A stretch of DNA of 63,237 nt, the filler included, from Octopus bimaculoides (Eukaryota), in assembly GCF_001194135.2 (NCBI RefSeq). It is 8 parts of 7 records of this genome, joined end to end, with 100 filler letters (N's around TTAATTAATTAA, not from the genome) between each part and the next. Parts side by side here need not be neighbours in the genome. Positions count along the whole stretch, not along the records: positions 1 to 13,870 come from NC_068986.1; positions 13,971 to 37,170 come from NC_068997.1; 6 more parts are not named here. One strand, given 5' to 3'. The translations under genes and the position numbers were made by a program. This document shows positions 11,331-24,076 of this stretch, in pieces. A model generated the notes under the pieces. That model searched no databases. It was not told the origin of the DNA and saw only the letters and a program-made list of their open reading frames with translations. The stretch's first letter is position 1. Each line of letters begins with the position of its first letter.

Positions 11331-11924
11331 GTAGAATTAAATGGAAAAGAAAGAGAACTTTTATTGATTTTTTTTTTTCTTTTTTTTTCTTAAGACAAAA
11401 ACGTTAACCTCAATATTACAGCACAGCACTAAATCTGCTGAAAATTCCTGAGAAACCATAGCAATAAATTCATGAACAGAACACAGAGATTATGTGGCAA
11501 AGAAAGAGATTGCATAAAACTGACCAATTGTGCTGCTACTTTACTGTCGTGTGACAAAGAATACAATAAACATTGTTAAGTAACTAAGTTACAGGGGCTA
11601 TTGGTCAAGGAAGAAAACACAAAAACAACTAGTCGTAGCTCTAATTTATTGTGATGTAACAAAAATCACAGAGACATTGTTTTGAAAAGAATCAAATTAT
11701 AATAATTTAAGCAATGAACAAGACTTTTGATGAAAATGTCTACTTAATCATGTGAAAAAAAAACAACTTGAATTAGTTCATGTTAAAAAAATAATCTAAG
11801 TCTTCTCAGAAAAAAATTTGTTTCTTATTAATCTTTCTCACAAATGTTTGTAATCTAACATCTGTTAGTTTTCTGAGAAAATAAAATTAAACACAAACAA
11901 TGTTTGTTAATGAACAAGGCACAA

Positions 11925-12320
11925 GTGTGAGTGTGTGGTTAAGAAGATTGCTTTGTAACCATGTAGTTTTGGGTTCAATCTCACTGTATGCCATCTGGGG
12001 TAAGTGCCTTCTGTTATAGCTCCAGGCTGATCAATGCCTTGTGAGTGAATCTGGTAGTTGGAAACTGTGTGGAAGCATGTTGTATAATTATGTGTGTGTG
12101 ATTGTGTATGACTGTGTTTATGTTTGTTTCTTCCCACTACTTGCAGCAGGTATTGGTTTGTTTACATCCCTGTAACATAGCAGTTTGGCAAAATAGACCA
12201 ATAAAATAAGCCTTGGACTCTAAAAGAAATAAACGCAGTGCTTGATTTGTTTGCTTAAAAACACATATGGTAATGCCCCAAGAAGGCCACAGTCCAATCA
12301 CTGAAATGAGTGAAAGGTGA
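11925..12320 (+). mobile_element. SINE S1, degenerate, full length
   Basis: gtgtggttaag...gggttcaatctc...ccttgtgagtgaatctggtag, then the 3' half to cagtccaatcactgaaa. Confidence 0.75.
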
Positions 12321-12503
12321 AAAAAGAAGTTTTTCCATTTCCTTATCATTTTTGTCATCATACTTTTTTTCATTAATTGTTAATTATAAACTCAGTAATC
12401 TACGATTATCGTAAATACTATATGATGCACACAAATTCAAAGTTGGTTCTCAAAGAAGGTCATCTACCGGAGAAGAAAACCTTCATTTCCTGTCATTCTT
12501 AAT

Positions 12504-12652
12504 CAGGGTTGGCCCTAGGGTTACTGGCGCCCCGGGCAAGCTGAACTTCGGTGTGTACAAGCTGACGGTTGTGGAAATTTCCTTGTCTTTGTCACGCCCT
12601 CCTTGGCGCCCCAGGTGACTGCCTGAGTTGCCGGTACCCTGAGCTGGCCCTG
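12504..12652 (-). mobile_element. Short GC-rich MITE (hAT-like ends), copy 2
   Basis: cagggttggccctagg...ctgagctggccctg, with terminal inverted repeats CAGGGYYRGC/GCTGGCCCTG. Confidence 0.65.
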
Positions 12653-13142
12653 CTTTCATGAATGGGCTGGGGTTTTTGTTTTCTCTTACTATTATTGTGT
12701 CTCTAAGTTTGCCATATCTGAACAACCTGTAATGACATTCAGAAGGAACCTCTAGATGGTGATTTAAAATTTCTGACAACTGTGACAATAGACTTTTATT
12801 GATATATTCATAGATTTTAAAACATAATCCGCCATTTTCAAGTTAAATTTTAAACAGGTAAGATGTCAAACAGGTGAGATTTCATACACCTAACATGACA
12901 AATCCAACATCATCAGATAACTGGTACTTTACATGACCTTCTGCTGCCCTGAGACTTGTCTTTTTATACTTTACTTAGAGCATACAGCATATCTGTGATT
13001 CTTGTACATTCTTAACACCAACATTAACCACAAACTTATTGAGATAAGTGAGAAATCTCACCCACTTGATATCTTACTTGTATAAAATTTTACCTGAAGA
13101 TGGTGGACTATATGTTTCAATGTATCTACAAACACATCAATA

Positions 13143-13550
13143 AAATGGCTGATGCCAGTACCCACTGACTGGCTCCCATGCCGGTGGGATGTAAAAAGCA
13201 CCATCTGAATGTGGCTGATGCCAGGACGACCTGACTGGCTCCTGTGCCAGCGGTATGTAAAATGCACCATCTGAACATGGCCAATGCTAGTGCCCCCTGA
13301 CTGGCTCCCATGTAAAAAGCACTATCCAAATGTGAACGATGCCAGGGTTGCCTGACTGGCTCCTGTGCCAGTGACACGTAAAAAGCACCCACTACACTCT
13401 CAGAGTGGTTGGCGTTAGGAAGGGCATCCAGCTGCAGAAACAATGCCAGATCAGATTGAAAATTGGTACAGCTTCTGGCTTTCCAGACCTCAGTCAAACC
13501 ATCCAACCCATGCCAGTATGGAAAATGGATGTTAAACGATGATGATGATG
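13143..13550 (+). mobile_element. RTE 3'UTR with four tandem ~55-66-nt units
   Basis: The unit tgg..gatgccag....ctgactggctcc.gtgcc.g.gg.a.gtaaaa.gcacc repeats four times before the standard UTR and (GAT)n tail. Confidence 0.85.
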
Positions 13551-13870
13551 TTTTTGTTCTTTTTTATACCCACACTATCCCTGGAACAAACCCCAAGAAT
13601 TGGAGCTACAGTTTCAATTGGATTTGGTGCTTATACATCTCAGTATTCTACCAACACATGATGCTTACCTGACTGTTCTACTTTACTGTTAAACCTGTTA
13701 TTGTACCTAGCCATTTCTGGTGTCCTACATGTTCATGTGCCTAGATTTTATCGAATCTTTATAACTAATTTATGTGTATATATATATATATATATCATTT
13801 ATATCTTTATATGATTGAACACCATGCATCCTCTTCCAAGTAAGTTTTATATATATATATATATATATAT

Positions 13871-13970
13871 NNNNNNNNNNNNNNNNNNNNNNNNNNNNNN
13901 NNNNNNNNNNNNNNTTAATTAATTAANNNNNNNNNNNNNNNNNNNNNNNNNNNNNNNNNNNNNNNNNNNN
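13871..13970. other. Artificial 100-bp assembly spacer N44-TTAATTAATTAA-N44 (seven in the window)
   Basis: The 12-mer sits at 13915, 37215, 48516, 52064, 56048, 58546 and 61206, each centred in an N block; where counted (13915, 48516, 52064) the flank is 44 N. It has stops in all six frames. Confidence 0.95.
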
Positions 13971-14280
13971 CTATAGCCTCAGCCTGACCAAAGCCTTGTG
14001 AGTGGATTCGGTAGACGGAAACTGAAAGAAGCCCGTCGTATATATGTATATGTATACAATATATATGTGTGTTTGTGTGTCTGTGTTTGTCCCCCCAACA
14101 TCGCTTGACAACCGATGCTGGTGTGTTTACATCCCCGTAGCTGAGTGGTTCAACAAAAGAGACCGATAGAATAAGTACTAGGCTTACAAAGAATAAGTTC
14201 TGGGGTCGCTTTGCTCAACTAAAGGTGGTGCTCCAGCATGGCCGCAGTCGAATGACTGTAACAAGTAAAAGAAAAAGACA
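13971..14280 (+). mobile_element. SINE S1, young, head lost in the spacer gap
   Basis: Near-consensus core and 3' half ending gactgtaacaagtaaaaga. Confidence 0.85.
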
Positions 14281-14301
14281 TATATAGATAGACAGACAGA
14301 C

Positions 14302-14332
<31 letters not shown>

Positions 14333-14668
14333 CAGATAGATATACTCACACAACACGCACATACACATACATACACATGCACTCATATATACATCGATAA
14401 ACCTTAAAAGTTTTGCCCAGCTTGCTTCATGTAAGCTTCAACATGCAATAGCTTTAACATTTAACACACAACAAATCATTATATTAGATAAATTGTAGAT
14501 TACAATCTAGAATGTTTCTCATTATTATTAAATTCAATTTGAACTTATAAATTATCATATTCCACTATTATCTAATTGTTGCCTTAATTACTTCATCTAA
14601 CTGGATACATATATAAATTGATGCATAGACAATTGTCTGCACTTGAGGCACTTTATGATGTGTATCTG

Positions 14669-14714
<46 letters not shown>

Positions 14715-14995
14715 CTTTAACTCCAAATACATTTAGATTCTTAGACAGATCAACACACACACATACTCCTCAGGTAAGTTAATGTAGCTTTAACAGTTTT
14801 TACCTGAATTACATTAATGTAACTTTAAAGTTGTCTAAATGCTACCTGAAATCCCAATTCATGAATGAAGAAATGAAAATTTCTACAGCCTTGTCTAGTT
14901 ATGTATGGTAAATGAAAGTCAATTTCATGGCTAAATAGTCATGAATTAATTAAATGGTGCATGCTACCAAGTCTTACTCCTTTGCAAATGACAGG

Positions 14996-15199
14996 TAAAA
15001 ACAGCAGAAATATAGCAAAAACTGTTACTCGGAGTTTCATGTTCCCGTTCATTGGACAGTTTTGTTAGAAAACTGTCCGATGAACAGGAACGTTTTTTTT
15101 AATATTTCGGCTGCTTTTAAATAAAGCATATTACTCTACCTCTGGTATTTGAGTACTCTTTTTTTCCACCTTGTTGCACATTTATGTGCTTACCCCAGT
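14996..15199. mobile_element. Fold-back (palindromic) MITE, copy 1
   Basis: A 23-bp-arm hairpin (15041-15091, loop gttag) sits inside longer imperfect arms. The outer arm 15110-15199 matches the reverse complement of 29232-29312 and ends ...ccccag|ta. Confidence 0.7.
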
Positions 15200-15684
15200 A
15201 TGTATATATATATATATATATNNNNNNNNNNNNNNNNNNNNNNNNNNNNNNNNNNNNNNNNNNNNNNNNNNNNNNNNNNNNNNNNNNNNNNNNNNNNNNN
15301 NNNNNNNNNNNNNNNNNNNNNNNNNNNNNNNNNNNNNNNNNNNNNNNNNNNNNNNNNNGAGGGATGACCACTAAGTGGCCATCCATTATGCTAGAAGACT
15401 ACCTATGGTCTGACGACTAAGAAAAGATATATTTTGCATCTTTTCATTTGTCTTGCTCGCTTATGTTCTGGCATTTGCTGAATTTTCTTGAGAACAATCT
15501 TTTCGTAGTGGTCAGACCATAGGTGGTCTTCTTCTAGCATAATGGATGTCCACTTAGTGGTCATCCCTCTTATATGTATGTAATATAATTTTTCTGAATC
15601 TTCAGATTTTTCAATATGCTAGGCCACTGGTTTTAAATTGATATCAATAAAATTAATACTCAATTTTTCACCCTTATTATTTAA

Positions 15685-15713
<29 letters not shown>

Positions 15714-15716
<3 letters not shown>

Positions 15717-16490
15717 GGTCGTCCCATAAATAATATGGTTTTATCAATTGCATGAACTAAAAGTTGGAGGGGGACTGGATAAACTATTTGCATCAACTTG
15801 CTATAAAAGCAGGTAGTAATTTTACTTTGTAATTATTCTTAGTGCATGTGTTGAACACTGCAGTTCGATTCTAACAGTTATTTTTTCAAAGCTGTAATGG
15901 AAGTGGCAAAGGAACATATTTGGCATATTTTGCTTTATGAAATTCAATAAACGTAACAACACAATGGAAAGTGCAAGGAATATTAATGCAGTGTCAACGA
16001 TGGTTTCAGAAATTCCTAGCTGGAAACTACAGCCTAGAAGTTGAGCCTCATTCTGGAAGATTGGTAGAGCTCAATGAGTTAGTCCTGCAAACCTTGGCGA
16101 AACAAAATCCCATCATAACTGTTGAGGAACTAGCAGAGGAGCTTGGATTTGGTCATTCAACTATTCACCGACACCTGAGTGCCATTGGAAAAGTTAGCAA
16201 ATTCGGTCAATGGGTTCCTCACAAACATTCCAAGTCTAATTGCGTACACAGAGAGTGAATGTGTGCTCTGCTTTGCTGTCATGCTTCATGAATGAACCTT
16301 GTTTTGGACTCAATAATGACTGGTGATGAGAAATGGGTCCTCTATAAAAATGTCAAGCACTGAAGACAGTGGGTAAAGAAAGGAGAAACATGGGCACCCC
16401 AGGTTAAAGAAGGTCTTCACCCATGTAAGGTGTTGTTATCTGTCTGGTGGGATATGAAAGGTATACTCCACTCTGAACTTCTAAACTGAA
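15714..16490 (+). pseudogene. mariner-family transposase, 5' half, frameshifted; 3' part and right TIR not found
   Basis: Inserted after (TA)n, with ATG at 15897. Motifs RWFQKF..G.YSLE.EPHSGR (HTH), WVPH, TGDEKW (first catalytic D) and LHP.KVLLSVWWD. Confidence 0.9.
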
Positions 16491-16745
16491 CAACCAGCAT
16501 GATATTGTTTATGGTGGTCAAATGATTGTGCTGCACAATTAGCTCACTCTCTCAATCAAATCAATATTGCCTATGCAGATGCATGGAATTCCACACATCA
16601 TATGTCGAAAGGGATTACAGAGCATTGGGTGATGAAGTGTTTTTGCTGAAGTAAAAAAAAACATGCTGCCTATTCTGGGAATTGAACCCATGATCTCATG
16701 ATCATGAAAGCGAAATCCCAACCACTAGGCTATGTGCTTTCACAT
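16490..16745 (-). mobile_element. tRNA-headed SINE-like element abutting the broken end of the mariner
   Basis: Reverse complement of 16660-16745 reads tagcctagtggttggg...gggttcaattccc (A and B boxes). The body matches no other family in the window. Confidence 0.5.
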
Positions 16746-17904
16746 ACATTATAACAGCACACTTATGACTGCACCAAAAGTTGACCTGTCAAGTCAAAAG
16801 AAAATATAATTTATTCAATATTTTGTTTCTAAATAATTAATGACATTTAACATCATTATCTTAATATAATACATCAAGCATGACATTTTTTTTTTCCTTT
16901 TTGCATGATGACTTCATAGAATCAAACTTCAAATTTGATTGTAGCATTTGGCTGCTGTGTCTAGCATATGAAACCCTAATGTATTCAACACTGCCTCCTC
17001 TTCTTGCCTATCCCTTCCCCACATGCATTATTAAACAGCATGGTGCTTTTAATTCTTGCAGTCATTATTTTATTTTATTTTATTTTATTTTATTCATTTT
17101 TTTAACTCCTGTAGAGTGTCTTAAAATATTTATATTTTTTTTACTTGCAAAACGCCAGAATATCAAATTTACTTTATATTTACTGCTAGTCAAAGAACTA
17201 CATAGGGGCTTTCTCTTTGATTTGTTTAAGCTGTAATATTTTGGTATATGTGGCAAATGGCTAACAAAATTTTATTACAGCATATATCTCACTCAGATGC
17301 ACTTTGCTACTCATATTTACTGCCTAAATAAAAAATAAAATTTAAATTCAAATTAAGAAAAAAAAAAAGAAAAACAAATTTGCTGATGAAGATTTAAAAC
17401 TCAGCTAATCAAACAATCATAAACACTACAACTTTTAATTCTTCGCACACCACAAATCCACCCCCAATATACCCAGGGTACGTTTAATGAAAAAGAAAAC
17501 AAAATCCGATCGAATGAACTTAAAAAGGTAAGGGCTAAAGGAAAGAAATTGTAGAAAACAAGTTGATGGTGGTGGGGAGTCTTTTAACCTTGTCAGCTTT
17601 TCCCTCCTCAATCTCAAAGATCTCTTTTAAAAACGCATCTGCGGAAAGTATTTATTTACATAAAAGAAATCTGTTCCAAGAGACAAGACATTAAAGGATA
17701 TACTTCTTACTCAGCTATAAATTAGGGGTGGATCTTTCTAACCCCAAACCTACATATATAAGGGTAGACAGGTTCGGATAAACTGATTTAGTAAGCATAT
17801 ATAGATATATATATGTATGTATATGTATATATGTATGTATGTATATTTTCTTTGAAATTTGAGTTTAATGAAAGGATAAGATAGAAAATTTCTCAAAACT
17901 AACA

Positions 17905-18237
17905 AGCATTTTGTGTGAGTGTGTGTGTGTGTAGTGTTCATGCGTGTGTATGTGCATGTGTGTGTGGTGTGTATGGTGTGTGTGTGTGCATGTGTGGTGT
18001 GTGTGTGTGTGTGTGTGTGCATGTGTGGTGTGTGTGTGTGTGTGATGTGTGTATGGTGTGTGTACATGTGCATGTGTGAGTGTATGTGTATGTGTGTGCA
18101 TGTGTGTGCATGTGTGTGTGCATGTGTGTGGGTGTGTGCATGTGCATGTGTAAGTGTATGTGCGTGAGTGTGTATGCATGTGTGGTGTGCATGTGTGTGT
18201 GTGCATGAATGTATGTATGTGCATGTGTGTGTGTGGT
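17905..18237. repeat. Complex (GT)n/CATGTG microsatellite
   Basis: Directly visible low-complexity tract. Confidence 0.95.
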
Positions 18238-18454
18238 AGAGAGTGAGCCTTAAAACACCATGCAATCCAACACTGCTGCCTGGTCCTTAAGTGCTTTGAA
18301 CAGAATTTACTGTTGCCAGTTTGAAACATAAAACAAAAAAAAGACGATATTTTTTTTTAAATGCCCTAAAGTAACTTCCTAACAAGTAGCACAAAATTTC
18401 CTCCAAAGAAGCAGATTGTGTTGGCAGCAGATCAGAAGAAAATTATGTTGGTAA

Positions 18455-18610
18455 ATTAGTGGCTATGTAGTAAGAAGTTTGCTTGCCAACCACATGGTTC
18501 GGGGTTCAGTCCTTTTGCATGGCACCTTGGGCAAGTGGCTTTTACTATAGCCTCAGGCTGACCAAAGCCTTGTGAGTAGATTTGGCAGATGGAAACTGCA
18601 AAGAAGCCTA
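18455..18610 (+). mobile_element. SINE S1, head and core only
   Basis: gtggctatgtagtaag...ggggttcagtcc...caccttgggcaagt...gccttgtgagtagatttggcag, followed by (TA)n/(TATG)n. Confidence 0.8.
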
Positions 18611-18615
18611 TCATA

Positions 18616-18648
<33 letters not shown>

Positions 18649-18659
18649 ATATATGTCCA

Positions 18660-19140
18660 TCCACTTTGCGCTTATTTTTCTATATTTGCAGGAGTTTTAC
18701 AGGTCCTTTTCCTTTCCAGTGCAGTACCTCACCAAATGTGAAACCCCTTTGCCATTTATTTTCTATGCAAGTTTCAACATCCTAGAACCAACGTTTACAG
18801 CATCTACTCAGAATTTCCGTAGGTCTCCCTTCTGACTGTTTTCTTCCATTTTGTTTAACATTGCCACTTTTTTTAAAACCCATTTGTTATCATTCATGCA
18901 TATTTTATATCAACAGAATCTTTTCCCCCACATACTCAAGCTGCAGAGTCTTTTCTCCTGCATACTCAAACTGTTTCTGCTTGTATCTCATTTATTTCTC
19001 TGCTCGTCTGCACTATATCTTCATACATACTAACAGTACACATCCAATGGAGCTTGCTTACTTCATTTCTATCCAATTTTCACACATCTTTTGCATTTAG
19101 TACTCATGCCACACTAATATACACAAGCAGCATAAACTCT
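18660..19140 (-). mobile_element. Strongly decayed RTE ORF C-terminus
   Basis: Minus-strand remnants ..KLDRNEVSKLHWMC.V.. , QEKRL, ICMNDNKWV..GDLRKF*VDAV align loosely with 52350-52650. Confidence 0.45.
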
Positions 19141-19304
19141 ACTCTTTGCTCAGAAAGAATTCCTTGAATGTCAGTTCTAATTTAATTAGTCAATAATTAT
19201 GACAATGATTAATGACATTCAACAAAATTTACCTTGAAAAAAATTACAATTTAAAAATAACATGTAGCACAATTTAAAAATAACAAACATATATACATAA
19301 TAGC

Positions 19305-19668
19305 AGTTGTTGGCATTCCATTGCTTATGACGACGTGAGTTCCAGTTGATCCGATCAACAGAACAGCCTGCTCGTGAAATTAACATGCAAGTGGCTGAGA
19401 ACTCCACAGACATGTGTACCCTTAACGTAGTTCTCGGGGATATTCAGCGTGACACAGTGTGACAAGGCTGACCCTTTGAATTACAGACACAGCAGAAACA
19501 GGAAGTAAGAATGAGAGAAAGTTTTGGTGAAAGAGTACAGTAGTGTTCGCCACCATCCCCTGCTGGAGCCTCGTGCAGCTTTTAGGTGTTTTTGCTCAAT
19601 ACATACTCACAACGCCCGGTCTGGGAATCAAAACTGCGATCCTATGACCGTGAGTCTGCTGCCCTAAC
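19305..19668 (-). mobile_element. SINE S2
   Basis: Highly similar along its length to 25602-25986 (gttgttggca.tcc.t.gctta.gac...cagcgtgacacagtgtga.aaggctg...acgcccggtctgggaatc). Confidence 0.9.
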
Positions 19669-19689
19669 TATGGTTACAGTAGGTGCAAG

Positions 19690-20005
19690 CATGGCTGTGT
19701 GGTAAGAAGTGTGCTTTCCAACCATATGGTTCTGGGTTCAGTCCCATCGTGTGACAATTTGGGCAAGTGCCTTTTACTATAGTCTCAGGTGAACCAAAGC
19801 CTTGTGAGTGGATTTGGTAGACAGAAACTGAAGGAAGCCAATTGTGTATGCATGTGAGTCTGTGTTTGTCCCCCCACCCCCCACCCACTATCACTTGACA
19901 ACTGAAGGTGATGTGTTTACATTCCTGTAACTTAGCAGTTCAGCAAAAGAGATCCGATAAAATAAGATTTCTTTAACTAAAACCCCTTCAAGGTGGTGCT
20001 CCATG
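19690..20005 (+). mobile_element. SINE S1, near full length
   Basis: A-box, B-box, core and 3' half with an internal deletion. Confidence 0.8.
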
Positions 20006-20229
20006 ATAAAGTATATTTGTGGCCAAAGGTGCTGGAACCATGATCAACCTGTCCTTGGGAACAGTTTACCTCAGATACATTATCCAGTGTGACCTTCTTT
20101 TTTTAAGACAACAGAGAGTGGTTTGAGAAAATCATGGTTGCTGTATCTAGCAGGTGAAGCAATCCCTGCACTGGTGCATATACCAAAATTCTAACAGTAA
20201 CAGTTTGAAGTATATATATATATATATAT

Positions 20230-20430
20230 ATGTAACCTCATGGATATCGGTGGCTGATTTTTTCTTCCTCCGTTTTCCCTTCTTTGGACTTTCTTTGTTT
20301 CCGACGAAGAGCTCCGCTCGAAACGTCATGTTCTCTTTCTTTCCTTTCCTGAGCATCTAGTGACATAATCTGCATCACATCCTCACGTTGTTGTTTTTGT
20401 TGTTTTTTTTGTCTTTTTCCTTTTTTGAAC
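20230..20430 (+). repeat. Hammerhead-motif repeat, copy 2 (best preserved core)
   Basis: ccgacga-a-gagc-tcc-gctc-gaaa-c-gtc at 20301-20327, flanked by (TA)n on both sides. Confidence 0.7.
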
Positions 20431-20446
20431 TTATATATATATATAT

Positions 20447-20506
<60 letters not shown>

Positions 20507-21384
20507 GAAAAAGATTATAGAAGGAATGAAAAGAAAGCTGTCAGGTGTTGCAAAGTAGATACCCCCAAGTGGAGTAGTATATAATTAAATGTCTGAGCCC
20601 CATTAAGCAGGTGACAAAAAGATGAGGAACATTACAACAGAGTAAGATTTACAACATGTGAACCAACCCTAATAAAATATAATGTCATTACATCATAGAA
20701 TTTCACCCCAGGTTAGTGCAAATGTAAAAAAAAAACCAGTTTAACCTTTCCATGATGATGTTTCTAATGAAAAATATACAGTTTTTGTGCTTCAATTAAT
20801 TCTGAAAACAATTAAAAATTTGGAGGGATTAAGTAAAATAACTAACCTTTTCCTTATCAAGATGTTGTTTGGAAGATAACAGAACAAAAGAGTCTTAGAT
20901 AAAATTATGATAGAAGGTTTTAATTTAGATACGAACATTTTAGAAAGGGAGGTTTTTGTTTCATGAATCCAAGGGCGGTCTCTGTCATGATATCAATAGA
21001 AAATTTGCACATTCATGTGAAATAATTTTTCTTCACCTTTCGATTCCAACATCTGCTCAGGTATCGTGTTTTGACAGTATTGTACAAAAATCCACATGAA
21101 ACTGTATTTTCATTTATATTCATTCATTCATTTTATTTATTTACCTTGAATAGGTTATTGAAAACATTTACAAAAGGAAAATGATAAGCAATAGGAAATT
21201 AATTCAAAAAAATTAAATATGAAAGGCAAAACCCAAAATAAATAAATAAACCTAAAAAACAAAGATTAAAAATATTATTAAAAAAAAGCCAATCAAAACA
21301 GAAGAGAAAAAAAAAATTAACCACTGTGGAACAAAAAAAAAATTGTTTGGCAAAGGACTTGCAACATAAATTTTTAATACTGAG

Positions 21385-21537
21385 TTTGGGTGTATGTGTG
21401 TGTATATACATATATATATATATGCATACATACACATACACACATGCATGCACACATACACAAATATTCACACACATATACCCACACACATAAGCATCTA
21501 TGTATACATATACATACATATATGTATGCACACACAC

Positions 21538-21588
<51 letters not shown>

Positions 21589-22465
21589 NNNNNNNNNNNN
21601 NNNNNNNNNNNNNNNNNNNNNNNNNNNNNNNNNNNNNNNNNNNNNNNNNNNNNNNNNNNNNNNNNNNNNNNNNNNNNNNNNNNNNNNNNNNNNNNNNNNN
21701 NNNNNNNNNNNNNNNNNNNNNNNNNNNNNNNNNNNNNNNNNNNNNNNNNNNNNNNNNNNNNNNNNNNNNNNNNNNNNNNNNNNNNNNNNNNNNNNNNNNN
21801 NNNNNNNNNNNNNNNNNNNNNNNNNNNNNNNNNNNNNNNNNNNNNNNNNNNNNNNNNNNNNNNNNNNNNNNNNNNNNNNNNNNNNNNNNNNNNNNNNNNN
21901 NNNNNNNNNNNNNNNNNNNNNNNNNNNNNNNNNNNNNNNNNNNNNNNNNNNNNNNNNNNNNNNNNNNNNNNNTATATATATACTGCAGAGACAAAAGGAG
22001 GTGGGGAATTAGTGAGTGTTTGTGGTAGGGAAAAGAGAAGATTGCAAGCATAGAATTAGCTTTCATCTAAGCTTTAGACTGATATTATTGTTTGAGATAA
22101 GGAAGTAAAAGAAAAATACCAATATTTTCTGTAGAGTCATAAATGAATAGAATTTACAATACCATTTAAGAATAATGTCATAATATGGATGTAGTTAGAG
22201 AAATTATGGCATTAACTAGTAGGCGAACCATTGCTACCAAATAAATGTGTTGCATGCATGTGTGTGTGTGTGTGTGTATGTGTGTGTGTGTGCGCGTGTG
22301 TGTATGTATAAGCCGCATGCAGAGCTTAGACACATTTCTCTTGCTACATTCTGTATATGGACATAAATATGTATATAAGCATTTACCTGTGTTATCTATT
22401 CATGTATCTGTATGCGAGAACTTTATATAAGTATACGCACACACTCATACAGACCTGTAAATGTA

Positions 22466-22500
<35 letters not shown>

Positions 22501-23294
22501 NNNNNNNNNNNNNNNNNNNNNNNNNNNNNNNNNNNNNNNNNNNNNNNNNNNNNNNNNNNNNNNNNNNNNNNNNNNNNNNNNNNNNNNNNNNNNNNNNNNN
22601 NNNNNNNNNNNNNNNNNNNNNNNNNNNNNNNNNNNNNNNNNNNNNNNNNNNNNNNNNNNNNNNNNNNNNNNNNNNNNNNNNNNNNNNNNNNNNNNNNNNN
22701 NNNNNNNNNNNNNNNNNNNNNNNNNNNNNNNNNNNNNNNNNNNNNNNNNNNNNNNNNNNNNNNNNNNNNNNNNNNNNNNNNNNNNNNNNNNNNNNNNNNN
22801 NNNNNNNNNNNNNNNNNNNNNNNNNNNNNNNNNNNNNNNNNNNNNNNNNNNNNNNNNNNNNNNNNNNNNNNNNNNNNNNNNNNNNNNNNNNNNNNNNNNN
22901 NNNNNNNNNNNNNNNNNNNNNNNNNNNNNNNNNNNNNNNNNNNNNNNNNNNNNNNNNNNNNNNNNNNNNNNNNNNNNNNNNNNNNNNNNNNNNNNNNNNN
23001 NNNNNNNNNNATATATACATAAACACATATACACATATATACACACATATATACACACATATTTTACATGCACATATGGTATGTAAAAGGATAAACTCAT
23101 AAAGAGTTGGATATTCACACATACATATATACATCTACAGCATCTCTCAAACAGTTATACAATCATAACCACAAATAGATCCACCCTCCTACGCAACTAC
23201 CCACTCACCCAAACTTACACACACACAAATATACACAATCACATGCATACACATATGCTCACACACAGACACTTATACACACATTCATACATAT

Positions 23295-23325
<31 letters not shown>

Positions 23326-23602
23326 CATACATACATACGTACATACATACATACATATATGCATGCATAAAGACAGCACTTGAATGCTTGGGAAGTTAAT
23401 TTCAAACTTATCTTCCACTGGGAAATTAATTCTTTTAAATTGATCCCAGATAATTCAACCTGGGGCGAAATTCTTTAGTCTGAGAGTTACAATTAAATTG
23501 ACTTATCTCCGAATATATAATTAACCATCCTCCCCACAACCTGCAGTGCTGGATTAGAAAAAAATAGAATAAAATAAAATAACCACACACACACACACAC
23601 AC

Positions 23603-23641
<39 letters not shown>

Positions 23642-23903
23642 TGATATATTTTTGTACAAATATACACACAGTTATACATATGAATACACACGTATGGGAA
23701 AATAAAATCACATGCATACACACACACACAACCATGCATATATACACACACATTCTCTTAAAAGAAAACAAAATCCCAAATTACATGAATATATACATAT
23801 ATAGTATGCATGTATGTATGTATGCACATGCATGTGGTGTGCATACATATGCACAGAGAGAAAAAAAGACTTTTTTTTAAATAAGTGAAAATTACATAGA
23901 AAT

Positions 23904-23934
<31 letters not shown>

Positions 23935-24005
23935 CACACAGACTTGAAAGGAAGAAAAAATTCAAGCAAATGATGCACACACAAATCTGAGGAATATATT
24001 CATAC

Positions 24006-24076
<71 letters not shown>

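Noticed and set aside
13143-13385. CRISPR-like repeat array (also 34200-34500, 48120-48290)
   Set aside because: The units are degenerate along their whole length with no unique spacers, lie in an RTE 3'UTR, and have no cas genes nearby. The DNA is eukaryotic.
17750-18329. His/Thr/Cys/Val/Tyr/Ile-rich ORFs (also 21199-24669, 31059-32858, 35348-37130, 61784-62110)
   Set aside because: They are translations of microsatellites in several overlapping frames, with no splice or domain support.
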